From Octopus vulgaris (Eukaryota), in the NCBI GenBank assembly GCA_951406725.2, contig OX597834.1:37014001-37078000 (forward strand): a stretch of 64,000 bases of DNA. Reading direction: 5' to 3'. Shown piece by piece: positions 1 to 14,400 of the stretch. The position numbers and the translations under genes were made by a program. The notes below the pieces were generated by a model. It worked only from the letters and a program-made list of their open reading frames with translations. It did not search any database and was not told the origin of the DNA. Every line of letters starts with the position of its first letter. Positions within the stretch are counted from its first letter, which is position 1.

Positions 1-419
1 AGTCGATCGACACCAATCGCCATATTCGTGGAAACACTCATGGTTGCTGAAAATAACTGAAGGAATGAAACCAAAGTACACATGACCGGGGAGAAAATCC
101 ATTTGTGTATAAGCAACATTACTAAAGTGAATGGAATACAGAATATTCCCATGATAAGATCAGCAACGGCCAAATTGAGAAGAAAAGGTTTAATGTCTGT
201 TTTACATTTCTTGCCTTTGGCGAAGACTATTATTGATAATATATTACCAAATACTGAAGCGAATGTTGTTAAACTGTAAAGAACTATCAGAAAAGTTTGG
301 GCTTCTGGGGTCAGTTGAGATGTTAACCCGTAGTATCCACCACTTTCGTTTACCAAAGACACTGTTGTAGTGAAGTTTTGGTCAAGACCTATAAGATCAC
401 TGAATTCATCCTCTTCCAT
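1..419 (-). CDS. Class A (rhodopsin-like) GPCR, neuropeptide-receptor-like; N-terminus to end of TM3, continues past the window's left edge
   Basis: Open frame from ATG 419 (context AAGATGG): MEEDEFSDLIGLDQNFTTTVSLVNESGGYYGLTSQLTPEAQTFLIVLYSLTTFASVFGNILSIIVFAKGKKCKTDIKPFLLNLAVADLIMGIFCIPFTLVMLLIHKWIFSPVMCTLVSFLQLFSATMSVSTNMAIGVDRL. N-glycosylation sequons NFT/NES, TM1 GN, TM2 NLAVAD..P, ECL1 WIF...C, TM3 DR(L). Confidence 0.95.
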   Translation of the reverse strand, partial: MEEDEFSDLIGLDQNFTTTVSLVNESGGYYGLTSQLTPEAQTFLIVLYSLTTFASVFGNILSIIVFAKGKKCKTDIKPFLLNLAVADLIMGIFCIPFTLVMLLIHKWIFSPVMCTLVSFLQLFSATMSVSTNMAIGVDR

Positions 420-1113
420 CTTGCCGGTGGGAAAAATAGGAGAATTCTTCCGTCTATTGTGTTTGATTTCTTTTTGCTTCAGAATTTTAAAGTTTGTTAG
501 AGAGAGAGAGAGAGGGGGGAGATGGAGAGCGAGAGAGAAGGAGAGAGAGAGGAGAGAAAGGAATGAAGGGAGAAAGACAGACAGACAGACTGATAGACAA
601 ACAAACAGAAAGAGGGGAAGAGCGATAGTAACAGTGACAGTATGTGATTATATATACATATATATATATTTATATATGGTGAGAGGGAGAGAGAGAGAGA
701 AAGGAGGTAGGGAGAGAAGGAGACACAGAGAGAAAGACAGAAGGAAAGAAAGACAGAAAAAAAGAGGCGGAATGTGAGTGTGCGTGTGTGTGAGGGAGAG
801 AAAGGAAGGAATGCAGACAGAGTGTGACTGAGTTTTCGTGGGAGTGTGGATGAGAGAAAGAAAGAGAGAGATAAACGGACTGACGGAGAGGAGGATGGGC
901 AGACGGACAGAAAGACTGTGTGTGAGTTATAGAGAGGAAGAGAGGGAGAAAGTGGAAGAGATGCGGAATGTGGGCTTAAAGAGAAACGAAGAAAGACAAC
1001 GAGGAAATTTGTAGGAAGTGAAAGGCAAAAAAGAACAAACTTTTTCTTCTTCTCTAATGGCGGATTGTGGGTTGTATGTGAAAATGTCCGCCTCAGTTTT
1101 GGTGTCGTCAGAT

Positions 1114-1150
1114 ACTGGAACGAGAAACAGAAGGAGAGAGTAATGTTAAG
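1114..1150 (-). promoter_or_regulatory. Putative 3' splice acceptor opening the GPCR coding exon (about 695 nt of 5' UTR)
   Basis: Minus strand reads CTTAAC (branch-like) ATTA CTCTCTCCTTCTGTTTCTCGTTCCAG|TATC; AG at 1116-1115. Confidence 0.55.
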
Positions 1151-2199
1151 GAAAAGGAATCATGACGAAAATTGATATTAAAGAAAAAAAAGAGATAACT
1201 TTAGTATCGATAACACGCATTACTTTCTAATCACTATCTTTTTTCATTCCGTGTTTGTTAATATATATATATATATGTGTGTATGTGTGTGTGTGTATGT
1301 GTGGGTGTGTGGGTGTGCGTGTCTATATACGCATACATATAGTCATGGTTATATATATGCATTTGTGCGTATGCGTGTGTATTTAATTTTTATTTTTCAA
1401 TCGAGACAAATAAGACTCAGAGCACAAAACCTACACACACGCAAACAAACAACCCCCCCACCACCACCACCACACACACATACACGCACGCATATAGTTT
1501 TTATGCAGAAATATGTCAGATGTGAATTATGTTGGAATTATAACTGAAAGTGAAGGTCAAAGAGTGACAGACACACAAATGTTGCTTTAATAATATAAAT
1601 CTTTTTTTTTTTTATGGTCTAATGTTGAAAATATGACTATTATTTTAAACTTGATACCTTGTTTATAAACATTAAGAACTTTCTCCCGTCTCCCTTGACT
1701 GCTAAATTACCATACCACTACGAATAATAAAAGAAAAAATAGCAAATTACGCATTCCGCGAAATTCCTCCAAATTTTTAATTGTTTTCCAGCTATAAAAT
1801 AATTCCTGTATTCATTGTTTCATTAATATATCTCAGTTTATGTCATACTGGTGGTTTCTAAAATGAATGAAATAGTCCTGTTCAGGATTATCACCAACTA
1901 ATTATTCAAAGAACTTTGTAATAAGTAAGAAAAGAAAAAGAAAAATGAAGCATGTGCATTCTGTGCATCTTTTCCCTTATTTCTTAATTTCAAATTCAAA
2001 CTTCTGTTCCCGCCACATATTATGAAGAAACGATTAACTCCCTTGTATTTAGTGTCAGCTTGAGGATACTAGATATTTATCGCATAGTTTTAATAATAGA
2101 GAATAGATTATGGTAATCTCTTATGGTCCGAGAAAGACGATTCTTTACATTACTGCTGAACATTCTGAACAAAGGATTTTGTTTTTACAGTGGGCAGAC

Positions 2200-2416
2200 A
2201 TGTGTCCTATGCATTATCTCACTCCCTCCAACAAACTAGCATTGCCTGAAAAGATGCACAGTGTACCACACATCAGGTACCAAAATAATCGCAGAGTAAC
2301 GTGCGTGAAATGCTGTGATTCGCTTAAGGATAGACCGTACCACCCGATCTAAGAATTAAGACCACAATATTGCAATCGGGCGTACAACACCCTAACCACT
2401 GAGCCGCCGCACGCTC
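2200..2416 (-). mobile_element. Degenerate tRNA-derived SINE
   Basis: Minus-strand head GGCGGCTCAGTGGTTAGGGTGTTG (A-box-like), similar to heads at 7790 and 22332. Confidence 0.45.
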
Positions 2417-3082
2417 TCCCTGTATTAATATTAATTTGATTAATTAAACCGATCATATTTATGAGAAAAATACTAATGAAGTTCATTAAATGTACAACGA
2501 ATTTAATGAAAGGAAATACTAAAATTTTAAGGTAAAATGCGTTAGTTAGCATCCAAAAAACACGAAGCTTGCTCATTTATCGTTGTTAAATTTAATTAAT
2601 ATAACAAGAGCGTTTTAGCTTGCTTGAAGCATTGTAGGACCGAAATAGAATAATAAAGGAAATAAGAAATACGGGAATCTAACAATGCGAAAGGTTAAAA
2701 ATCTAAAAGTTTAAAAAAAAATTATTGCATTGCTCGAAGCTTAACTCATTCATTTATTAATGAATGTAAATTAATATAGTTCAAAGTGTCTGTCTGCTTT
2801 TTACTTTTTTTCGTTTTGACTTGTTTCAGTCATTGGAGCGTGAACATCCTGGGGAATAATCTTGAAAGGTATTTAAAAAAAACATTTTTTAGTTAAACAG
2901 ATCGACACCAGAGATTATTTTAAAGTCTGGTGCGTATTTTAGCAAATTCTTTTACCGGACTGTTTGGTAATGGGGACGTAAAACAAAATAAAACCGGTTG
3001 TCACATGGTGGTGGGGATACACACAAACACATATATGTATGCATATATATCTGTATATATGTGTGCATGCATTCATGCACAC

Positions 3083-3117
<35 letters not shown>

Positions 3118-3173
3118 GTACTCTTTTACTCTTTTATTTGTTTTTACTCTTTTATATATATATATATATAATG

Positions 3174-3688
<515 letters not shown>

Positions 3689-3991
3689 AGATGGGCTTCT
3701 TTCAGTTTCCGCCTGGCAAATCTATTCATAAGTCCATGCTTATAGAAGAAAATAGTTGCCTAAGATGTCAACCAGCGACGTTGAACCTCGACACCATATT
3801 GTTTGGAAGTACATATGTGTATTTATACACACACACACATACACACACACATGTCTAAGTGTATACAGACATGGATACATACGTGTAAATCAAGGTATAC
3901 TTGAATACCAGCGATAGTATAAAGTATGTTTTCTTGAAGTGAAAAAACACTGCGCGCGCGCACAGACACAGACACGTGTATGTGTGCGTGC

Positions 3992-4032
<41 letters not shown>

Positions 4033-4286
4033 CAAGTACGCACACATATACATATACACATATGAACATACATATATACATACGTAAATACATATGCACA
4101 TATGACAAAAGATTTACGCCAAAGTAATACCGAAGCTGGCGTGTTGAAAGAATACAAAATAACTACAGTATGAACATCGTGAACATCATAAAAAAAGCAA
4201 TGGCAAAAAGAAAAACACTTCAAATACAACTCATCGTCAAAACAAAGCCAATATGCATATATATATATATGTATATATATAAATGC

Positions 4287-4354
<68 letters not shown>

Positions 4355-4361
4355 GTATATT

Positions 4362-4452
<91 letters not shown>

Positions 4453-4540
4453 ATATATATATGTATATATATGTATATATATGTATATGTATATATATAT
4501 ATGTATATATATATGTATATATGTATATATATATATATTA

Positions 4541-4584
<44 letters not shown>

Positions 4585-4739
4585 TTAATAATAATAATAA
4601 TAATAATAAAGCACGATGATAATATTAATGATATAAAACCAATAAAAAAAGGTATTTATTTGTTACTGTTTTATGTTTGTTTTGTGTGTGTCTGTCTGCT
4701 TCGCTAGGTTAATGTGTGAATGATGAATCTGTATCGGTC

Positions 4740-4995
4740 AGTAGTAAATTAATGGAGACGTTGGGGGGAAAGAAGGGAGGGAAGGGACAGAGGTGGGTAA
4801 ACGGTAGGAGGGAATGGCATTGATGGAGATGTCAGGTAATGGTGATGGCGATGGCGGGGGGAAGGGTGTGTGGAGTAAATGATAGGTCGGAATTGTTGGC
4901 CAGCAATATACAGAGTGAACGAGGCGTTTCGGTGAAATGGTCAGTATCCTCAGATTGATGGAACTAATCAAACAAGACTGACAGACGCAGCCATG
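4740..4995 (-). mobile_element. Penelope-like pLTR remnant with a degenerate minimal hammerhead (4918-4956)
   Basis: Minus strand AAT-CTGAGGA-tactgaccatttcacc-GAAAC-GCCTC-GTT resembles the minimal CUGAxGA...GAAACGCGUC hammerhead; stems are damaged. Confidence 0.4.
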
Positions 4996-5005
4996 ACTTT
5001 GCCAG

Positions 5006-5073
<68 letters not shown>

Positions 5074-5089
5074 ATACACACATTTGTGA

Positions 5090-5455
5090 ATGAATCGACT
5101 CCAGAACTTGGATTTTTTAAAGTCTGGTTCTTTATTCTGTTGGTCTCTGTTGCTGAACCGTTAAGTTATGGGGACGTAAATACACCAACACCAGCTGTCA
5201 GTCAGTGGCGGCAGACAAACAGACACACACACACATGCACACACACATATACATACACACACACTCACGCACACACACATATGTATATATATACGACGGG
5301 ATTCTTTCAGTTTCCATCTACCAAATCTACTTACAAGGCTTTGGTCGGCCCCAGGCTATAGCAGAAGACACTTGCCCAAGGTGCCACGCAGTGGGACTGA
5401 ACCCGGAACAATGTGGTTGGTAAGCAAGCTACTTACCACACAGTCACTACTGCGA
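5090..5455 (-). mobile_element. SINE family A copy
   Basis: Matches 3174-3583 over head and body. Confidence 0.85.
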
Positions 5456-5489
5456 CTATATATACATAGTCGCAGTAATTGAAAGAAAA

Positions 5490-5660
5490 CAGAAAATGGA
5501 GAAATATCGATGAACAACAATTCACTTGCATCAGTTATTATTTATTAATTCAAAACAAATAGACTGCATCCCATCTCGGGATGCAGTCTATTTGTATTGA
5601 ATTAATAAATAATAATTGATGAAAGTCAGTTGTTCTTCATCAGTACTTCTCCATTTTCTG
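5490..5660. repeat. Long imperfect inverted repeat (about 83-bp arms), fold-back/MITE-like
   Basis: CAGAAAATGGAGAA...AATAGACTGCATCCC atctc GGGATGCAGTCTATT...TTCTCCATTTTCTG. Confidence 0.9.
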
Positions 5661-6954
5661 GGGTTTTTTTTAAATTTTGATTCATGATAAACTCATGTTT
5701 ATCCTTGTCTTTACCCATAACTTATGAGTATAATATTCCTGCATATGTATGCCCATGGTTAAACATAGGTAATAAACCGGTATTGTAATGGATACTTCTA
5801 TCCCTTAGACGGTTATTTTAAATTCTACCTCAACTAACCTATATCTATATCTGTATATTGATCAAAATAAAAACATGATGCCAAGGATTCAGCGGTACAT
5901 ATGTTTCGGGCCTTTATTAGACAGATTTATAACAATGCATAATGTATGTCTGTGGCCTTCTTCAGCCGCGCACAACAGCTTCCACAAGGACATGTGTTAC
6001 ATCAAAAATTCTTGGTTGGGGATGCAAATCCTCTCATTCGCGTACGACATAATGCGGCAACAGCATAGAATTGAAGCGTCCATCTCTTTCTTCTCTCAAT
6101 GTATATCTGTATATGTATATGTGTGTGTGTGTATGTGTGCGTGTGTGTATGTGTTTGTGTATGTATATTTATAAATGTGTGGATAGATTTTACATAAAAA
6201 TGTGTTTATGCGTGTACGTATATATGTATGTATTTCATACAAATACATACAGATGTAAATATATAAGGTGCATTGTAATTTGCCTAAGACTGCATCTAAT
6301 AGTAATTTTCAATGCCTAAACAAAGACCTGAACATATTAAAAAATTCTAAGCACCACACACGTAAAAACAATCACTAACACCCATAAACATAGACTCTCC
6401 TCCTCCCCCTCTCCCTCTCTCACACACACACCTACTTGTGGACAAAACCAAAAGTTTATATAACAATAACGTTTTTTGTTTCTTTCAAAAAAATGCAACG
6501 TAATCGTCAGAGGAAACAAAAGTACATAATTCTTACTCATACAACAATACTATTACAGAAATACAATCAACACCATCCGGACTTAAAACAGACGAAAAGA
6601 ATTGTATTTTTGGCTAAGTGCCAACCCTACATAACTCTGAATGACCACAACGATAAGTTTTGTTGTTAATCCCATGTGTAGACTCATCAATCACAGCGTG
6701 AATGAATTCGATAAAATTAGTAAATTTATTTTAGGCTCCATTAATTTTAAAATTACACAAACCACGGTCGATGATCGGTTTACTTTTATAGAAGTATAAC
6801 AGGTTGGTATCTACGTGGTTTAATTAACATAATTAACATAATTAGAAATTTATTTAGTATGAAAAAGTGGAGTATATCCCTTCGTTACAAAAATTATTTA
6901 TAGCTACATTTTCATTTGAGACACCTCATATAAAAAAACATGTGTGTGTGTGTG

Positions 6955-7027
<73 letters not shown>

Positions 7028-7478
7028 CAGTGTGACTGTGTGGTAAGAGGTTTAATTCCTAACCACATAGTGCAAGGATTAGTCCAACAGCGTGGAAGAT
7101 TGGGCAGATGTCTTCTATCATTGCTTGGGGGCAGACCAAAGCCTTGTGAGTAGATGTGGTCGACGTGTATATATTAAATAAAATGACACAGCAAGGCAAA
7201 GGCAGTGTGAAATTTCTAGGACATTTATAAAGGGAATTGTTTTTTTACAGCTGTTTCTGGGATATAGAAGATATCACAACATCAGAGGTGATATGAGAGA
7301 GTTAGATAGAGGGAAATAGTTGAGTTCAATATAAGAAGATATTTTGGAAAGGGAGAGATATAAATACAAAGGAAAGTATGAGGATAAGAAAGTATTATTT
7401 TATTTAACACACACACACACACACGCATACACATACACACATACACACACATAAACACACACACACATATATAAAACT

Positions 7479-7790
7479 CGAATCCGTTGGTCACGAATGA
7501 CTATGGGTGCATCTGAAGAGGTTTCCCGCCGGGGTACAAGTCTGGGTGGAAAGTCGCATCACCGGCGAACACACAACCTAAGGATTTTATGGAAGACCAG
7601 CGTACCAGCCTCCCTCTCCACGCCACCGATGTTATCCAAGGGAAAGGTAAAGGGGCCGATACAGATTGGCACAAGTGATGTCGCAACTCATTTCTACAGA
7701 TGAGTGAAGTGGAGCAACGTGAAATAAAGGAATCGAACTCACAAACTCACGATCGTAAGCTCGACGCTCTAACCACTGAGCCATGCACCT
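7479..7790 (-). mobile_element. tRNA-derived SINE (head related to family C)
   Basis: Minus strand GGTGCATGGCTCAGTGGTTAGAGCG...GAGTTCGATTCC A/B boxes followed by a non-tRNA body. Confidence 0.7.
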
Positions 7791-7827
7791 TCACACACAC
7801 ACGCACACACATATATATAATGGCACT

Positions 7828-8125
<298 letters not shown>

Positions 8126-8875
8126 CTGTCTGTTAATAAATTTATCTCTGAGCATAACTAGTTCATTTTTTTTCTCTCCTTTAGAACAGAGCACACAGAA
8201 GTTTATTTTAAGACTTATATTGAAATTATTCGTTTCTTTGGTTTGTACGTGTTTAGACGATCATTTTGTTTTCATTTCGTTTTGTTTATGTATCTGTTGT
8301 ATAAACATTAAAACATATACCGAATTGCTTAATTTTCATAGTAAACTATGCTGCTTTATTCGTCTTTATTAGACCTTTCATAGTACCTTGTGCTGACCTC
8401 ATTTAACGCGCATATTCCGCTGAGATATCTTACCTAAAGGTTATGTACTTTATCTAACAATAATCGTTCTGTTGACTTTCTTTAAAACGTTTTTTTTCTT
8501 ATATTTTCTTGCGGAATTTGATTGAAACAAAAATAAATCAAAACCTATCCACTTGTAACATTCTATTCCTTCTAAATCAAATCATGTTAAATTAATAAAA
8601 CCTAGTCTCCCTTATACCTGCAAAATCCCTGATTACCTTCCTCTGTCCGGAAGTCCATTTTTCACAACATAGCGAAGACATGACACAGTATAGGTAAAGA
8701 AATTTGAGAAATTTGAAAAGAAAATACGAAACCGGTTGTTTCTCCAAAAAACAATGTTACTATGCACAAAATTTTATAACAGTTTTCTAACAAAACGATT
8801 TAAATATATTCTTTAATTATCACACAAGCCTTCTGTAGTATTTTTCACTCTATTTAGTCCTATATACAGATATAT

Positions 8876-9098
8876 AGGTGATGTTGGGGGAGACAAATGC
8901 ACACACTCATACACACGCTCACACACATAATATACGACGGGCTTCTTTCAGTTTCCGCTTACCAAATCCAATCACAAGGCTTTGGTCAGCCCGAGGCTAC
9001 AGTAGAAGACACTTGCGCAAGGTGCCACACAGTAGGACTGATCCCGGAAGCATGTGGTTGGGAAGCAAGCTACTTGCCACACAGCCACTCCTGCGCCT
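8876..9098 (-). mobile_element. SINE family A, 5' half
   Basis: Head and CORE-like block as in 3174-3583. Confidence 0.85.
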
Positions 9099-9858
9099 AT
9101 ATATGTATATATATATGTGTGTGTGTGTGTGTGTGAGTGTGTATATACATATATACATATATGTATATATATATATATATATATATACATACATACATAT
9201 ATATATATATGCGCATATACTTATGGACACCGTCACACACACAAACAGACACACCACACATACATACATACTCATATATGTCATAATATTTCGATAGACA
9301 TGTTTCTATAATGACGACAGAAGTAGAGCGACAAAGATAATGGTTGCTAACATTAATGGCCATCAATGAATCTTTTACTACAAAATTGTTTTACCACAAA
9401 GAACCGTATGCCATTTAAACCATTCCCCTACTAATTACCATCTCGGGTATCATTCACTAATTGATGATTGTCCATTTTTCCATACATTTCATTTCATATT
9501 TTCTGTGTAACTACTTACATATAGTCTCCCATCCAATTTATCTCCAAAGCAGTTTTCTTTCTCAAATAATATCAGAATTTATCAAACAACACAAAAATTT
9601 TGCACAAATCCGTGGCCTTTCATACAAGGTTTCGCCCACTTCTCAGGGTCGACTAACTCATTTTTGTTTCTCTACGTCCCCTGTTAGCACGAAATTCTTC
9701 TTTAAAGGTCTTGACTGAATACCTTCAAACAGAAGCGTGCGCACAACAAATTTTGAAGTGCAGGCTAATTAAACTAGTGATTATCAACCATCTTTTTGTC
9801 AATGGACTCCATCTTATTCTTATTTTAATCTACCGGAGCTCCATATCCATTTACTGTA

Positions 9859-9934
<76 letters not shown>

Positions 9935-10041
9935 TATAAGTATGTATATATATAAATATATAAGTATGTATATATATATATATATAAATATATACATATA
10001 TATACATATGTACATATATAAACATATATACATATATAAAC

Positions 10042-10084
<43 letters not shown>

Positions 10085-10629
10085 TTTTCCCTATATATAT
10101 AATATATATATATATATATATCTAGAGAGAGAGAGAGAGAGTGAGAGAGAGACAGAGAGAGACAGTGAGATATATGTAATAGTTAAACGATTGTGTTAAT
10201 GGATGTTTCAACTTTTGCAACAGTTCGTTAGTGACTATTCATTATTAGTTGTGAATTGGTACAGTAATGGTAGACAAATGGCCGACTCAGCGTCCGGAGA
10301 TCATTGAATTTTACCATGTTTTTGTCTGATGGCGAATAGTCTTTGTGAAACACAGGACGTGTGAAATACCTTAGAAATATGTCATATACAGAGACAATGC
10401 CTATATATTCACACACATATATATATATATATATATCCATATACATGGTTTCAAATATATATCTTTATATATATGTATATATGTATAAATATATGTATGT
10501 GTATATATATATATATATGTATATATATATGTATATATATATATATATATAAATTAATAAATAAAACATATGCATATATACATACATATATGTATGTACC
10601 TACCTCTACATGTATATATACATACATAT

Positions 10630-10913
10630 ATGGGTACAGGACACCAAAAAACGTCGAACACAATGAGAAACGAAAACATAAACACAAAACCAAGGAACTG
10701 GACATTTTTCTTAAACAACGAAAAATAGAGTACAGCACAAATAACACAAGGAAAATTCCCATTCTTCAGTCGCTATGGTTTCATCTACTCTGTGTTTCGA
10801 AGGTGAAGGCGATACGCATCTTCGATAGAAACTTTCCTTCCCGCGAAAAGCAAATTAAATAAAATTTGAGATCTTTTTGCTGAGGGGTAAAAATGATAAC
10901 AAAAACAGGACAG

Positions 10914-10915
<2 letters not shown>
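10630..10915. mobile_element. Non-coding insert between (TA)n tracts, possibly Penelope-pLTR-like
   Basis: Complex sequence bounded by TA arrays; minus strand GTTTC-tat-CGAAGA...CGAAAC-acaga-GTA-gat-GAAAC resembles a damaged hammerhead. Confidence 0.3.
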
Positions 10916-10951
<36 letters not shown>

Positions 10952-11098
10952 TGTGTGAATATTCAGTATATAGTCATATGGACGCAGTTCATCCGATGGT
11001 GGAGAGACCGGTTTAGTGGCAGCGGTATAGATATGTACACACACACCTTATATATATATATATACATATGTACATGTACATGTACATATGTATATATG

Positions 11099-11155
<57 letters not shown>

Positions 11156-11200
11156 GTGTGTGTGTGTATACATATATGTATATACATGGGTGTGAATGCA

Positions 11201-11231
<31 letters not shown>

Positions 11232-11248
11232 GCATATATATGTGCATA

Positions 11249-11279
<31 letters not shown>

Positions 11280-11331
11280 GCGTTTGTGCATATGTACATA
11301 AACACACATACATAGACAAATATATATATGC

Positions 11332-11364
<33 letters not shown>

Positions 11365-11827
11365 TGTATGTATGTATGTATGTATGTATGTGTGTGTGTG
11401 TGGTTGTATGTATGTGACGCCACACGTTATGCAGCACCCATGAATGATACTTAAACATATAAGAACATTGAATATTCATACATGTACACACACACACGTG
11501 ACCTCAAGCACATCAATAACGAAATGCAGCGTCTCAACACAACAGTCAGCCATGGATGACGAAAGACCAATCGATGCGAAGAGGCCGTGACAAGGAAAAG
11601 TATTTGGCTGCTAACATTTAGTTGATCCATTTACATAGATACATGTATATATATATATATGTTTAAATATATGTGTATGCATGTATGTAAGTATACATAT
11701 ATCATATATGTGTGTGCGTATGTATATGTAGATATGTATGTATTCTTATGCGTATATATATTTACATGCAGAGAGACAGACACACACACATATATATACA
11801 TGTATCTATAGAACTGTATAGTCGTAC

Positions 11828-11866
<39 letters not shown>

Positions 11867-11890
11867 TACATACGTACATACATACATATA

Positions 11891-11955
<65 letters not shown>

Positions 11956-12047
11956 CACACACATACATACACATATATACTGTCAGAAAGGGAGATCGAT
12001 TGGCAAATAGATAGATATAGATAGATGCATGTATTTCTATCTATATG

Positions 12048-12084
<37 letters not shown>

Positions 12085-12737
12085 TTATATATACATCCTG
12101 TATAATGTCGATACTTCGACTTTCACAGTCCGAAGCTTATTATTGTCTGGCGAAAAAATATATGTGCTATTATCTCGTAAATCGCTCCATCCCCGAATGG
12201 ACACGTAGAGACTTCCGGATTTTTATGCTTGACCAAATATGATTCACGTTGTACACCTCATAGCATATAATCACCGGTAGAAATGGCCTACTTTTCTAGT
12301 ATACTTGGCATGTGATTTAGAGAGATAATAAAAATACAAATTTTGAGTAAAATAGGGAAGTGTAGAGAAATAATAATGTTGAGAATGACGGGTATTATAT
12401 TGAGTTCGACTAAGGCAATAAACAGACATTACCCGAATGTTCTTATCTTTACTATATGAAAATATAAGAGTTGTGAGGAATATAAAATTTTAAAAGTGCG
12501 TTAGTTTAATATTTCGGTGTTTAATACATGTGGATATTATCCTCCAATATTAAAAACAAACTTATTATCGTGTCGTTATCTGTTAAACAGCTCTGATTTT
12601 ATATTGCGATAAATTGTGCAATCATTGGCACTATTAATAGTATTAATAAGAATTACGACTGTAAGTCTATTCATTCTTATACTGTCGAAATTTATCTTTG
12701 CATTCTTAAATATATATATAAAATTTATATATATAAA

Positions 12738-12815
<78 letters not shown>

Positions 12816-12830
12816 CATAAATATATATAC

Positions 12831-12886
<56 letters not shown>

Positions 12887-12889
<3 letters not shown>

Positions 12890-13050
12890 TGCAGGAGTGG
12901 CTGTGTGGTAAGTAGCTTGCTTACCAACCACATTGTTCCGGGTTTAGACCCACTGCGTGGCAACTTGGGCAAATATCTTCTACCATAGCCTCGGACCGAC
13001 CAATACCCTGTGAGTGAATTTGGTAGACGGAAGCTGAAAGAAACCCGTCG
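12887..13050 (+). mobile_element. SINE family A head
   Basis: AGGTGCAGGAGTGGCTGTGTGGTAAG...GGTTTAGACCC...TTGGGCAAATATCTTC. Confidence 0.85.
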
Positions 13051-13649
13051 TATGTATATTATATTTATGTGTGTGTGTGTGTGTTTGTTTGTTCGTATGA
13101 GTATGGTTTTCAGCGTATAAAATAAAGTAGCCAACGCTTTAGGAGGTCGAGTTCAATATGTTTGTTTATTAATGGCTAATTTGCAAACTTCTAGTTCCGT
13201 TTCATTCCTTCAATACAGAAGAAAAAATAAAAAAATTACAATACTTTGTAAGCTAGTTATCAATAAACATACTCATTCACACTTACGCATACGCCACGCG
13301 CACTTAGACACACACACTGCTCAAAGTTAGTGCTTTAATCGTTATTCACTGGTCAATTCCTAATCTTCTTGCTGTCCAATAACGGAAAGTCAAACGGTTT
13401 TGTTTTTTATTTTTATTATTTACTTCTGTTGAAGTTTTCACTGACGACGTTTCACATCATCTCTGCCTGCAACGATAATAGTCTTCCCAATTTTCTTTCT
13501 GTATCGCACAGTAAATCGGTTTTATCGTCATTAAAAAACCTCGCCGTAAATGAGTTTCCCATACCCAAGTTAATTTTGTGATTTGGAACGAAATGTCCAT
13601 TTGATAGATTGCCGAACTATCGATTGTAAATCGATGATTAGTTATTCAT

Positions 13650-14400
13650 AGGAAGGATAATTTGCTCAGGACAGATCGAAATTTTAGCAAATGGAGAGCA
13701 AAAATACAGCGTCGCATTGGAGTTACAAAACAATGCTCCACTATTGTAGCTGTTCCTCCACTCAAATTTGACCTCGTGCTTGGCTAAATCATTTAACTAT
13801 CGTAAAACTTTGTGCTCAAGCGAAAAGACATTTGGTTTTAGCTATAACCTTGGTCAATACATGTAAATTTAGTTGTGTACATCATAGTGAAGTTATTTAA
13901 TTTTGGTCAGCCATCTTTATATCCACACCGTTTAACTCCAGCTGCTTTCATGATCAATACATTGAACTTCATCTGTGTCCATCTGGGTCCATCTGTGTTC
14001 ATCTAGGGTGACTTCGAAAGAAAGGCCACTCGACTGATTGACATGAAATGGGTCAACAGCTCTACATTCTAAATTCTGCCGCACAGACATTGTGTCTCTT
14101 CTTCCTGTCTTTTCTAATGCTACCTGTATGACCTCTGCCTCTCAGACCGTGATGGTCTTCTGATCCCTTCACTCAGGCATTTCGAACGTACTCGCCTCTT
14201 CTCTTTCCCTCACTCGTGTTTTGTACACACTCCACTAAGCCCAACACTAACCACAAAACTAAAACCTTCTTTCCCCAAATTTTGTCCCTTTGAAATTCCT
14301 TTTTTGCCCATGGTTTTCCTTCAGTCGTCAAAAAAGATTTTAGCTTCGTTGCCCTCACCAGTCTTAAAGAACCTGTAAAGGCCACGGACATACATCCTTT
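13650..14400 (+). mobile_element. Highly decayed CR1/L2-group LINE 3' region
   Basis: Broken-frame remnants ERKATRLID, PHRHCVS, TFFPQILSL*NS and VFP-like resemble the C-terminal region of CR1/L2-group ORF2. Confidence 0.4.

Noticed and set aside
82-279. 65-aa plus-strand ORF
   Set aside because: Antisense shadow of the GPCR coding sequence.
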